NCBI GenBank assembly: GCA_009914755.4
Contig: CP086569.2
Coordinates: forward strand, 32,416,001 to 32,480,000
Source of the DNA: the human T2T-CHM13v2.0 reference genome, Homo sapiens
Length of the DNA stretch: 64,000 nucleotides
Direction of reading: 5' to 3'
In this document: positions 27,557-41,802 of the stretch, piece by piece
Position numbering within the stretch: position 1 is the first letter of the stretch
Layout: every line of letters begins with the position of its first letter
Made by a program: the position numbers and the translations under genes
Notes under the pieces: generated by a model
The model's database searches: none
What the model was told of the DNA's origin: nothing
The model's input: only the letters and a program-made list of their open reading frames with translations

Positions 27557-30500
27557 GAATGGAAAGTAATCCAATGGAATAGAATCTAATGCAATAAAAT
27601 CGACTCAGATAGAGTAGAATGTAATGGAATGGAGTGCAGTGCAATGGAATGGAATGGAATGGAATGGAATGGAATGGAATGGAATGGAATGGGATGGAAT
27701 GGTATGGAATGGATAGTAATGGACTGGAGTGAAATGGACTGGAAAGGAATGGACTCAAATTGAAAGGGCACGAAAGGAATGGAGTCAAATGGAATGGTCT
27801 GGAATGGAATGAACACGAATGTAATGCAACCCAATAGAATGGAATCGAATGGCATGGAATATAAAGAAATGGAATCGAAGAGAATGGAAACAAATGGAAT
27901 GGAATTGAATGGAATGGGAACGAATGGAGTGAAATTGTATGCAGTAGAAGTGAATAGAATGGAATGCAAGCGAAAGGAAAGGAATGGATTGGAATGGAAT
28001 GGAATTCATTGGAATGGAAGGGAATGTAGTGTAATGGACAGGCCTGGAATAAAGTGGAATGCTACGGTCTCGAATGGAATAAAAATGTATGGAATGGAAT
28101 GCAATGAAACGGAATCGAATGTCATAGAATGTAATGGAATGCAAAAAAATGGAATCCAAAATCATTGACTGGAAAGGCTGGGTGTCGAAAGGAATTGACT
28201 CCAATGGAATGGAATCGAATGGAATGGAAGTGAATAGAATCGAACTAAATCGAATGGAATGGAATTGATAGGAACGGAATGGAAAGGAATGCAATGATTT
28301 GGCATGGAATGGAATCGAATGGCATCGAATGGAATGGAATGGAATGCAATGGAATGGAATGTATTAGAATGGAATGAACTTTAATGGAATGTACTCGAAT
28401 GGATTCGACTGGAATGGAATGTTCTGGAAGTGAATGGACTCCAATGGAATGGATTCAAAAGGAATGGAATCGTACGGAATGGAATCTAATGGAATGGAAT
28501 TAAATGGAAATGAATCAAATTGAATAGCACGGAATTGAATTGAATGGAATGGAATGCAATGGAATCTAATGAAACGGAAAGGAAAGGAATGGAATGGAAT
28601 GGAATGGGCTGGAATGGAAAGGAATCGAAACGAATGGAATGGAATCGAACTGAAGAGACTGGAATGGAATGCACTGGAATGGAAGGGAGTGTAATGGAAG
28701 GTTGTCGAAAAAAATGGAATCGAATGGAATGGAATTGAATGGAACGGAATAGAGTCGAATGGAATTGAATGGAATGGAATGGACTAGAGTGAAATGGAAT
28801 CGAACCACAAGGAATGGACAGGAATAGAATGGTCTCGAATTGAATGGAATCGTATGGAATGGCATCAAACGGAATGGAATGGACAGCCACGGAATGGAAT
28901 GCACTCGAATGCAATGGAGTCGAAACTAATGGACTGGAATAGAATGGACTCGACTGGTACGGACTCCAATGGAATGGAATCGAATGGAAGGGAATCGAAC
29001 GGAAGGGAATCGAACGGAATGGACTCGAAGGGAAAAGACTGCAATGGAAAGGTCTCGAATGGAATGGAAATTAATGGAATGGAATGGAATCGAATGAAAT
29101 GGAGTCAAAAGGAATGGAATCGAATGGCAAGAAATCTAATGTAATGGAATCGCCAGGAATTGATGTGAACGGAACGGAATGGAATGGAATCCAAAGGAAT
29201 GGAATAGAATGGAATGGAATCGAATGGAAAGGACTCCAATGGAAATCACTCGAATAGAATGCAATTTAATAAAATAGGATCAAATGTAATGGAATGGAAT
29301 GGAAAGGAATCGAAACGAAAGGAATGGAGACAGATGGAATGGAATGGAACAGAGAGCAATGGTATAGAATGGAATGGAATCATCTGGAATGGAATTGAAT
29401 GGAATGGAATAATATGAAATGGAATGGAATGGAATGGAGTGGAATGCCCTTGAATTAAATGGACTGGAATGGAATGGACTCAAACAGAGTGGAATGGAAA
29501 GTGTGGAGATAGAATGGAATGAACTCCTTTGGAATGGTGTAGTATGCAATGCAATCGACTGGCAGGGAATCAAAAGAAATGTAATCGAATGGATTGGACT
29601 GGAATGCAATGGACTCGAATAGATTGGAAACGGAATGCAAAGGAATGGAATGGAATAGTATGGAATGCAATGGAAGGGAATGGAGTGGAATAGACTAGAG
29701 TGGAATGGAATGGACTGGAAAGCAATGGACTGGAATGGAACTTTCTTGGATGGACTGGAATCAAACGGAATGGAATGCAATGCAATCAAATGGCATGGAA
29801 TAAAATAGAATGAAAGAGAATCAAATGGAATTGAATCGAATGGAATCGAATGGATTGGAAATGAATAGAATGGAATGGAATGGAATTGACTCAAATGGAA
29901 TGGACTAGAATGGAATGGATTCGAATGGAAGGCAAAGGAATGGAATCTATTGGAATGGACTGTAATGGAATGGAATGGAAGGGATTGGAATGGACTCGAA
30001 TGGAATGGACTGCAATAGAAAGGATTCGAATGGAATGAAAAAGAATTGAATGGAATAGAACAGAATGGAATCAAATCGAATGAAATGGAATGGAATAGAA
30101 AGGAATGGAATGAAATGGAATGGAAAGGATTCGAATGTAATGCAATCGAATGGAATGGAATCGAACGGAATGGAATAAAATGGAAGAAAACTGGCAAGAA
30201 ATGGAATCGAAATGAATGGAGTGTTATGGAACGGACTCAAACGGAATTGAATGTAATAGAATGGAGTGGAGTGGACTCGAATATAATGGACTGGAATGGA
30301 ATGAAATCACATGGAATGGGAACGAATGGAATGGAATGGAAAGGAATGGAATCGAATGGAAAGGAATCGAATGGAAGGGAATGAAATTGAATCAACACGA
30401 ATGGAAGGGAATAGAATAGACTGTAATGGAATGGACTCGAATAGAATGGACACGAATGCTCAAATTAAATGGACTCGAATGGAATGGAAACGAAAGGAAT

Positions 30501-31100
30501 GTCATCGAATGGAATTGAATCGATTGGAATGAAATCGCATAGAATGGAGTGGAATCAAATGGAATTGAATCGAAAGGAAAGGAAGCGAATGGACTGAAAT
30601 GAAATGGAATGGAATTGTATGGAAAGTAATGCAATGGAATAGAATGGAACGAAATTTCACGGAATGGAATCAAACTGAATGGAATCAAATCAATGGAATC
30701 AAATCAAATGGAATGGAAAGGAATTGAATGGAGTAGATGGGATTGGATGGGATTGGAATGAAATGTACTGGAAAGGACTCGAATTTCATGAAACGGAATG
30801 GAATGAATTGGAACGGAATGGACTCGAATGGAATGGAATGTCATGGGATGGCATCAAATGGAATGGCATCAAATGGAATGGAATCGAATGCAATGGAATG
30901 CTGTGGAATGGAATGGAATGCATTGGAATGGAATGTCCTCTAATGGAATGGATTCGAGTGGAATGGAATTGAATATAATGGAGTCGAATGAAATGGAATT
31001 GAAAGGAATGGGATCGAATACAATGGAATATACTGGAATGTAACGTAATGAACTCGAATGTAATTGACTGGAATGGAATGTACATGAATGGAATGTAATC
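27557..31100. repeat. HOR unit 9 (3544 bp), subtype 'C'
   Basis: Landmark at 27557. Same marker set as unit 7, plus CITF and FECNAIEW shared with unit 11. Confidence 0.85.
27643..27692. repeat. Example of a pure (GGAAT)~10 tract at the start of each HOR unit; its length varies between units
   Basis: Uninterrupted 'ggaatggaatggaat...' run ending at 'gggatgg'. The distance from the unit start to the first conserved ORF is 222, 237, 242, 247 or 257 bp in different units. These differ by pentamer copy number. Confidence 0.75.
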
Positions 31101-34100
31101 GAATGGAAAGTAATCCAATGGAATAGAATCTAATGCAATAAAATCGACTCAGATAGAGTAGAATGTAATGGAATGGAGTGCAGTGCAATGGAATGGAATG
31201 GAATGGAATGCAATGGAATGGAATGGAATGGAATGGAATGGAATGGAATGGGATGGAATGGTATGGAATGGATAGTAATAGACTGGAGTGAAATGGACTG
31301 GAAAGGAATGGACTCAAATTGAAAGGGCTCGAAAGGAATGGAGTCAAATGGAATGGTCTGGAATGGAATGAACACGAATGTAATGCAACCCAATAGAATG
31401 GAATCGAATGGCATGGAATATAAAGAAATGGAATCGAAGAGAATGGAAACAAATGGAATGGAATTGAATGGAATGGAATTGAATGGAATGGGAACGAATG
31501 GAGTGAAATTGTATGCAGTAGAAGAGAATAGAATGGAATGCAAGCGAAAGGAAAGGAATGGATTGGAATGGAATGGAATTCATTGGAATGGAAGGGAATG
31601 TAGTGTAATGGACAGGCCTGGAATAAAGTGGAATGCTACGGTCTCGAATGGAATAAAAATGTATGGAATGGAATGCAATGAAACGGAATCGAATGTCATA
31701 GAATGTAATGGAATGCAAAAAAATGGAATCCAAAATCATTGACTGGAAAGGCTGGGTGTCGAAAGGAATTGACTCCAATGGAATGGAATCGAATGGAATG
31801 GAAGTGAATAGAATCGAACTAAATCGAATGGAATGGAATTGATAGGAACGGAATGGAAAGGAATGCAATGATTTGGCATGGAATGGAATCGAATGGCATC
31901 GAATGGAATGGAATGGAATGCAATGGAATGGAATGTATTAGAATGTAATGAACTTTAATGGAATGTACTCGAATGGATTCGACTGGAATGGAATGTTCTG
32001 GAAGTGAATGGACTCCAATGGAATGGATTCAAAAGGAATGGAATCGTACGGAATGGAATCTAATGGAATGGAATTAAATGGAAATGAATCAAATTGAATA
32101 GCACGGAATTGAATTGAATGGAATGGAATGCAATGGAATCTAATGAAACGGAAAGGAAAGGAATGGAATGGAATGGAATGGGCTGGAATGGAAAGGAATC
32201 GAAACGAATGGAATGGAATCGAACTGAAGAGACTGGAATGGAATGCACTGGAATGGAAGGGAGTGTAATGGAAGGTTGTCGAAAAAAATGGAATCGAATG
32301 GAATGGAATTGAATGGAACGGAATAGAGTCGAATGGAATTGAATGGAATGGAATGGACTAGAGTGAAATGGAATCGAACCACAAGGAATGGACAGGAATA
32401 GAATGGTCTCGAATTGAATGGAATCGTATGGAATGGCATCAAACGGAATGGAATGGACAGCCACGGAATGGAATGCACTCGAATGCAATGGAGTCGAAAC
32501 TAATGGACTGGAATAGAATGGACTCGACTGGTACGGACTCCAATGGAATGGAATCGAATGGAAGGGAATCGAACGGAAGGGAATCGAACGGAATGGACTC
32601 GAAGGGAAAAGACTGCAATGGAAAGGTCTCGAATGGAATGGAAATTAATGGAATGGAATGGAATCGAATGAAATGGAGTCAAAAGGAATGGAATCGAATG
32701 GCAAGAAATCTAATGTAATGGAATCGCCAGGAATTGATGTGAACGGAACGGAATGGAATGGAATCCAAAGGAATGGAATAGAATGGAATGGAATCGAATG
32801 GAAAGGACTCGAATGGAAATCACTCGAATAGAATGCAATTTAATAAAATAGGATCAAATGTAATGGAATGGAATGGAAAGGAATCGAAACGAAAGGAATG
32901 GAGACAGATGGAATGGAATGGAACAGAGAGCAATGGTATAGAATGGAATGGAATCATCTGGAATGGAATTGAATGGAATGGAATAATATGAAATGGAATG
33001 GAATGGAATGGAATGGAATGCCCTTGAATTAAATGGACTGGAATGGAATGGACTCAAACAGAGTGGAATGGAAAGTGTGGAGATAGAATGGAATGAACTC
33101 CTTTGGAATGGTGTAGTATGCAATGCAATCGACTGGCAGGGAATCAAAAGGAATGTAATCGAATGGATTGGACTGGAATGCAATGGACTCGAATAGATTG
33201 GAAACGGAATGCAAAGGAATGGAATGGAATAGTATGGAATGCAATGGAAGGGAATGGAGTGGAATAGACTAGAGTGGAATGGAATGGACTGGAAAGCAAT
33301 GGACTGGAATGGAACTTTCTTGGATGGACTGGAACCAAACGGAATGGAATGCAATGCAATCAAATGGCATGGAATAAAATAGAATGAAAGAGAATCAAAT
33401 GGAATTGAATCGAATGGAATCGAATGGATTGGAAAGGAATAGAATGGAATGGAATGGAATTGACTCAAATTGAATGGACTAGAATGGAATGGATTCGAAT
33501 GGAAGGCAAAGGAATGGAATCTATTGGAATGGACTGTAATGGAATGGAATGGAAGGGATTGGAATGGACTCGAATGGAATGGACTGCAATAGAAAGGATT
33601 CGAATGGAATGAAAAAGAATTGAATGGAATAGAACAGAATGGAATCAAATCGAATGAAATGGAATGGAATAGAAAGGAATGGAATGAAATGGAATGGAAA
33701 GGATTCGAATGGAATGCAATCGAATGGAATGGAATCGAACGGAATGGAATAAAATGGAAGAAAACTGGCAAGAAATGGAATCGAAATGAATGGAGTGTTA
33801 TGGAACGGACTCAAAAGGAATTGAATGTAATAGAATGGAGTGGAGTGGACTCGAATATAATGGACTGGAATGGAATGAAATCACATGGAATGGGAACGAA
33901 TGGAATGGAATGGAAAGGAATGGAATCGAATGGAAAGGAATCGAATGGAAGGGAATGAAATTGAATCAACAGGAATGGAAGGGAATAGAATAGACTGTAA
34001 TGGAATGGACTCGAATAGAATGGACACGAATGCTCAAATTAAATGGACTCGAATGGAATGGAAACGAAAGGAATGTCATCGAATGGAATTGAATCGATTG

Positions 34101-34674
34101 GAATGAAATCGCATAGAATGGAGTGGAATCAAATGGAATTGAATCGAAAGGAAAGGAAGCGAATGGACTGAAATGAAATGGAATGGAATTGAATGGAAAG
34201 TAATGCAATGGAATAGAATGGAACGAAATTTCACGGAATGGAATCAAACTGAATGGAATCAAATCAATGGAATCAAATCAAATGGAATGGAAAGGAATTG
34301 AATGGAGTAGATGGGATTGGATGGGATTGGAATGAAATGTACTGGAAAGGACTCGAATTTCATGAAACGGAATGGAATGAATTGGAACGGAATGGACTCG
34401 AATGGAATGGAATGTCATGGGATGGCATCAAACGGAATGGCATCAAATGGAATGGAATCGAATGCAATGGAATGCTATGGAATGGAATGGAATGCATTGG
34501 AATGGAATGTCCTCTAATGGAATGGATTCGAGTGGAATGGAATTGAATATAATGGAGTCGAATGAAATGGAATTGAAAGGAATGGGATCGAATACAATGG
34601 AATATACTGGAATGTAACGTAATGAACTCGAATGTAATTGACTGGAATGGAATGTACATGAATGGAATGTAATC
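31101..34674. repeat. HOR unit 10 (3574 bp), subtype 'D'
   Basis: Landmark at 31101. Same marker set as unit 8. The 305-aa ORF at 32854 lies exactly 7118 bp from its homologue at 25736. Confidence 0.85.
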
Positions 34675-37600
34675 GAATGGAAAGTAATCCAATGGAATAG
34701 AATCTAATGCAATAAAATCGACTCAGATAGAGTAGAATGTAATGGAATGGAGTGCAGTGCAATGGAATGGAATGGAATGGAATGGAATGGAATGGAATGG
34801 AATGGAATGGGATGGAATGGTATGGAATGGATAGTAATGGACTGGAGTGAAATGGACTGGAAAGGAATGGACTCAAATTGAAAGGGCACGAAAGGAATGG
34901 AGTCAAATGGAATGGTCTGGAATGGAATGAACACGAATGTAATGCAACCCAATAGAATGGAATCGAATGGCATGGAATATAAAGAAATGGAATCGAAGAG
35001 AATGGAAACAAATGGAATGGAATTGAATGGAATGGGAACGAATGGAGTGAAATTGTATGCAGTAGAAGTGAATAGAATGGAATGCAAGCGAAAGGAAAGG
35101 AATGGATTGGAATGGAATGGAATTCATTGGAATGGAAGGGAATGTAGTGTAATGGACAGGCCTGGAATAAAGTGGAATGCTACGGTCTCGAATGGAATAA
35201 AAATGTATGGAATGGAATGCAATGAAACGGAATCGAATGTCATAGAATGTAATGGAATGCAAAAAAATGGAATCCAAAATCATTGACTGGAAAGGCTGGG
35301 TGTCGAAAGGAATTGACTCCAATGGAATGGAATCGAATGGAATGGAAGTGAATAGAATCGAACTAAATCGAATGGAATGGAATTGATAGGAACGGAATGG
35401 AAAGGAATGCAATGATTTGGCATGGAATGGAATCGAATGGCATCGAATGGAATGGAATGGAATGCAATGGAATGGAATGTATTAGAATGTAATGAACTTT
35501 AATGGAATGTACTCGAATGGATTCGACTGGAATGGAATGTTCTGGAAGTGAATGGACTCCAATGGAATGGATTCAAAAGGAATGGAATCGTACGGAATGG
35601 AATCTAATGGAATGGAATTAAATGGAAATGAATCAAATTGAATAGCACGGAATTGAATTGAATGGAATGGAATGCAATGGAATCTAATGAAACGGAAAGG
35701 AAAGGAATGGAATGGAATGGAATGGGCTGGAATGGAAAGGAATCGAAACGAATGGAATGGAATCGAACTGAAGAGACTGGAATGGAATGCACTGGAATGG
35801 AAGGGAGTGTAATGGAAGGTTGTCGAAAAAAATGGAATCGAATGGAATGGAATTGAATGGAACGGAATAGAGTCGAATGGAATTGAATGGAATGGAATGG
35901 ACTAGAGTGAAATGGAATCGAACCACAAGGAATGGACAGGAATAGAATGGTCTCGAATTGAATGGAATCGTATGGAATGGCATCAAACGGAATGGAATGG
36001 ACAGCCACGGAATGGAATGCACTCGAATGCAATGGAGTCGAAACAAATGGACTGGAATAGAATGGACTCGACTGGTACGGACTCCAATGGAATGGAATCG
36101 AATGGAAGGGAATCGAACGGAAGGGAATCGAACGGAATGGACTCGAAGGGAAAAGACTGCAATGGAAAGGTCTCGAATGGAATGGAAATTAATGGAATGG
36201 AATGGAATCGAATGAAATGGAGTCAAAAGGAATGGAATCGAATGGCAAGAAATCTAATGTAATGGAATCGCCAGGAATTGATGTGAACGGAACGGAATGG
36301 AATGGAATCCAAAGGAATGGAATAGAATGGAATGGAATCGAATGGAAAGGACTCCAATGGAAATCACTCGAATAGAATGCAATTTAATAAAATAGGATCA
36401 AATGTAATGGAATGGAATGGAAAGGAATCGAAACGAAAGGAATGGAGACAGATGGAATGGAATGGAACAGAGAGCAATGGTATAGAATGGAATGGAATCA
36501 TCTGGAATGGAATTGAATGGAATGGAATAATATGAAATGGAATGGAATGGAATGGAGTGGAATGCCCTTGAATTAAATGGACTGGAATGGAATGGACTCA
36601 AACAGAGTGGAATGGAAAGTGTGGAGATAGAATGGAATGAACTCCTTTGGAATGGTGTAGTATGCAATGCAATCGACTGGCAGGGAATCAAAAGAAATGT
36701 AATCGAATGGATTGGACTGGAATGCAATGGACTCGAATAGATTGGAAACGGAATGCAAAGGAATGGAATGGAATAGTATGGAATGCAATGGAAGGGAATG
36801 GAGTGGAATAGACTAGAGTGGAATGGAATGGACTGGAAAGCAATGGACTGGAATGGAACTTTCTTGGATGGACTGGAATCAAACGGAATGGAATGCAATG
36901 CAATCAAATGGCATGGAATAAAATAGAATGAAAGAGAATCAAATGGAATTGAATCGAATGGAATCGAATGGATTGGAAATGAATAGAATGGAATGGAATG
37001 GAATTGACTCAAATGGAATGGACTAGAATGGAATGGATTCGAATGGAAGGCAAAGGAATGGAATCTATTGGAATGGACTGTAATGGAATGGAATGGAAGG
37101 GATTGGAATGGACTCGAATGGAATGGACTGCAATAGAAAGGATTCGAATGGAATGAAAAAGAATTGAATGGAATAGAACAGAATGGAATCAAATCGAATG
37201 AAATGGAATGGAATAGAAAGGAATGGAATGAAATGGAATGGAAAGGATTCGAATGTAATGCAATCGAATGGAATGGAATCGAACGGAATGGAATAAAATG
37301 GAAGAAAACTGGCAAGAAATGGAATCGAAATGAATGGAGTGTTATGGAACGGACTCAAACGGAATTGAATGTAATAGAATGGAGTGGAGTGGACTCGAAT
37401 ATAATGGACTGGAATGGAATGAAATCACATGGAATGGGAACGAATGGAATGGAATGGAAAGGAATGGAATCGAATGGAAAGGAATCGAATGGAAGGGAAT
37501 GAAATTGAATCAACAGGAATGGAAGGGAATAGAATAGACTGTAATGGAATGGACTCGAATAGAATGGACACGAATGCTCAAATTAAATGGACTCGAATGG

Positions 37601-38218
37601 AATGGAAACGAAAGGAATGTCATCGAATGGAATTGAATCGATTGGAATGAAATCGCATAGAATGGAGTGGAATCAAATGGAATTGAATCGAAAGGAAAGG
37701 AAGCGAATGGACTGAAATGAAATGGAATGGAATTGTATGGAAAGTAATGCAATGGAATAGAATGGAACGAAATTTCACGGAATGGAATCAAACTGAATGG
37801 AATCAAATCAATGGAATCAAATCAAATGGAATGGAAAGGAATTGAATGGAGTAGATGGGATTGGATGGGATTGGAATGAAATGTACTGGAAAGGACTCGA
37901 ATTTCATGAAACGGAATGGAATGAATTGGAACGGAATGGACTCGAATGGAATGGAATGTCATGGGATGGCATCAAATGGAATGGCATCAAATGGAATGGA
38001 ATCGAATGCAATGGAATGCTGTGGAATGGAATGGAATGCATTGGAATGGAATGTCCTCTAATGGAATGGATTCGAGTGGAATGGAATTGAATATAATGGA
38101 GTCGAATGAAATGGAATTGAAAGGAATGGGATCGAATACAATGGAATATACTGGAATGTAACGTAATGAACTCGAATGTAATTGACTGGAATGGAATGTA
38201 CATGAATGGAATGTAATC
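34675..38218. repeat. HOR unit 11 (3544 bp), subtype 'C'
   Basis: Landmark at 34675. ORF set is near-identical to unit 9. The homologous ORFs 29280 and 36398 are exactly 7118 bp apart. Confidence 0.85.
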
Positions 38219-41200
38219 GAATGGAAAGTAATCCAATGGAATAGAATCTAATGCAATAAAATCGACTCAGATAGAGTAGAATGTAATGGAATGGAGTGCA
38301 GTGCAATGGAATGGAATGGAATGGAATGCAATGGAATGGAATGGAATGGAATGGAATGGAATGGAATGGAATGGAATGGGATGGAATGGTATGGAATGGA
38401 TAGTAATAGACTGGAGTGAAATGGACTGGAAAGGAATGGACTCAAATTGAAAGGGCTCGAAAGGAATGGAGTCAAATGGAATGGTCTGGAATGGAATGAA
38501 CACGAATGTAATGCAACCCAATAGAATGGAATCGAATGGCATGGAATATAAAGAAATGGAATCGAAGAGAATGGAAACAAATGGAATGGAATTGAATGGA
38601 ATGGAATTGAATGGAATGGGAACGAATGGAGTGAAATTGTATGCAGTAGAAGAGAATAGAATGGAATGCAAGCGAAAGGAAAGGAATGGATTGGAATGGA
38701 ATGGAATTCATTGGAATGGAAGGGAATGTAGTGTAATGGACAGGCCTGGAATAAAGTGGAATGCTACGGTCTCGAATGGAATAAAAATGTATGGAATGGA
38801 ATGCAATGAAACGGAATCGAATGTCATAGAATGTAATGGAATGCAAAAAAATGGAATCCAAAATCATTGACTGGAAAGGCTGGGTGTCGAAAGGAATTGA
38901 CTCCAATGGAATGGAATCGAATGGAATGGAAGTGAATAGAATCGAACTAAATCGAATGGAATGGAATTGATAGGAACGGAATGGAAAGGAATGCAATGAT
39001 TTGGCATGGAATGGAATCGAATGGCATCGAATGGAATGGAATGGAATGCAATGGAATGGAATGTATTAGAATGTAATGAACTTTAATGGAATGTACTCGA
39101 ATGGATTCGACTGGAATGGAATGTTCTGGAAGTGAATGGACTCCAATGGAATGGATTCAAAAGGAATGGAATCGTACGGAATGGAATCTAATGGAATGGA
39201 ATTAAATGGAAATGAATCAAATTGAATAGCACGGAATTGAATTGAATGGAATGGAATGCAATGGAATCTAATGAAACGGAAAGGAAAGGAATGGAATGGA
39301 ATGGAATGGGCTGGAATGGAAAGGAATCGAAACGAATGGAATGGAATCGAACTGAAGAGACTGGAATGGAATGCACTGGAATGGAAGGGAGTGTAATGGA
39401 AGGTTCTCGAAAAAAATGGAATCGAATGGAATGGAATTGAATGGAACGGAATAGAGTCGAATGGAATTGAATGGAATGGAATGGACTAGAGTGAAATGGA
39501 ATCGAACCACAAGGAATGGACAGGAATAGAATGGTCTCGAATTGAATGGAATCGTATGGAATGGCATCAAACGGAATGGAATGGACAGCCACGGAATGGA
39601 ATGCACTCGAATGCAATGGAGTCGAAACAAATGGACTGGAATAGAATGGACTCGACTGGTACGGACTCCAATGGAATGGAATCGAATGGAAGGGAATCGA
39701 ACGGAAGGGAATCGAACGGAATGGACTCGAAGGGAAAAGACTGCAATGGAAAGGTCTCGAATGGAATGGAAATTAATGGAATGGAATGGAATCGAATGAA
39801 ATGGAGTCAAAAGGAATAGAATCGAATGGCAAGAAATCGAATGTAATGGAATCGCCAGGAATTGATGTGAACGGAACGGAATGGAATGGAATCCAAAGGA
39901 ATGGAATAGAATGGAATGGAATCGAATGGAAAGGACTCGAATGGAAATCACTCGAATAGAATGCAATTTAATAAAATAGGATCAAATGTAATGGAATGGA
40001 ATGGAAAGGAATCGAAACGAAAGGAATGGAGACAGATGGAATGGAATGGAACAGAGAGCAATGGTATAGAATGGAATGGAATCATCTGGAATGGAATTGA
40101 ATGGAATGGAATAATATGAAATGGAATGGAATGGAATGGAATGGAATGCCCTTGAATTAAATGGACTGGAATGGAATGGACTCAAACAGAGTGGAATGGA
40201 AAGTGTGGAGATAGAATGGAATGAACTCCTTTGGAATGGTGTAGTATGCAATGCAATCGACTGGCAGGGAATCAAAAGGAATGTAATCGAATGGATTGGA
40301 CTGGAATGCAATGGACTCGAATAGATTGGAAACGGAATGCAAAGGAATGGAATGGAATAGTATGGAATGCAATGGAAGGGAATGGAGTGGAATAGACTAG
40401 AGTGGAATGGAATGGACTGGAAAGCAATGGACTGGAATGGAACTTTCTTGGATGGACTGGAACCAAACGGAATGGAATGCAATGCAATCAAATGGCATGG
40501 AATAAAATAGAATGAAAGAGAATCAAATGGAATTGAATCGAATGGAATCGAATGGATTGGAAAGGAATAGAATGGAATGGAATGGAATTGACTCAAATGG
40601 AATGGACTAGAATGGAATGGATTCGAATGGAAGGCAAAGGAATGGAATCTATTGGAATGGACTGTAATGGAATGGAATGGAAGGGATTGGAATGGACTCG
40701 AATGGAATGGACTGCAATAGAAAGGATTCGAATGGAATGAAAAAGAATTGAATGGAATAGAACAGAATGGAATCAAATCGAATGAAATGGAATGGAATAG
40801 AAAGGAATGGAATGAAATGGAATGGAAAGGATTCGAATGGAATGCAATCGAATGGAATGGAATCGAACGGAATGGAATAAAATGGAAGAAAACTGGCAAG
40901 AAATGGAATCGAAATGAATGGAGTGTTATGGAACGGACTCAAAAGGAATTGAATGTAATAGAATGGAGTGGAGTGGACTCGAATATAATGGACTGGAATG
41001 GAATGAAATCACATGGAATGGGAACGAATGGAATGGAATGGAAAGGAATGGAATCGAATGGAAAGGAATCGAATGGAAGGGAATGAAATTGAATCAACAG
41101 GAATGGAAGGGAATAGAATAGACTGTAATGGAATGGACTCGAATAGAATGGACACGAATGCTCAAATTAAATGGACTCGAATGGAATGGAAACGAAAGGA

Positions 41201-41802
41201 ATGTCATCGAATGGAATTGAATCGATTGGAATGAAATCGCATAGAATGGAGTGGAATCAAATGGAATTGAATCGAAAGGAAAGGAAGCGAATGGACTGAA
41301 ATGAAATGGAATGGAATTGAATGGAAAGTAATGCAATGGAATAGAATGGAACGAAATTTCACGGAATGGAATCAAACTGAATGGAATCAAATCAATGGAA
41401 TCAAATCAAATGGAATGGAAAGGAATTGAATGGAGTAGATGGGATTGGATGGGATTGGAATGAAATGTACTGGAAAGGACTCGAATTTCATGAAACGGAA
41501 TGGAATGAATTGGAACGGAATGGACTCGAATGGAATGGAATGTCATGGGATTGCATCAAATGGAATGGCATCAAATGGAATGGAATCGAATGCAATGGAA
41601 TGCTATGGAATGGAATGGAATGCATTGGAATGGAATGTCCTCTAATGGAATGGATTCGAGTGGAATGGAATTGAATATAATGGAGTCGAATGAAATGGAA
41701 TTGAAAGGAATGGGATCGAATACAATGGAATATACTGGAATGTAACGTAATGAACTCGAATGTAATTGACTGGAATGGAATGTACATGAATGGAATGTAA
41801 TC
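38219..41802. repeat. HOR unit 12 (3584 bp), subtype 'D' with private variants
   Basis: Landmark at 38219. RLVPVHP, SKGIECN and a 165-aa ORF as in units 8 and 10. Private changes: TQMEW, MSWDCIKWNG, MGLHQMEW. Confidence 0.82.

Larger units (their letters stand above)
20439..41802. repeat. Dimeric super-HOR block: three ~7.12 kb (C+D) copies. Units 5+6 at 13286-20438 form a fourth, more diverged copy
   Basis: Subtype-specific markers alternate strictly C,D,C,D,C,D. Homologous ORF starts are exactly 7118 bp apart (22162/29280/36398 and 25736/32854), and 7128 bp apart for 32854/39982. Units 9 and 11, and units 8 and 10, differ by only a handful of bases. Confidence 0.8.
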
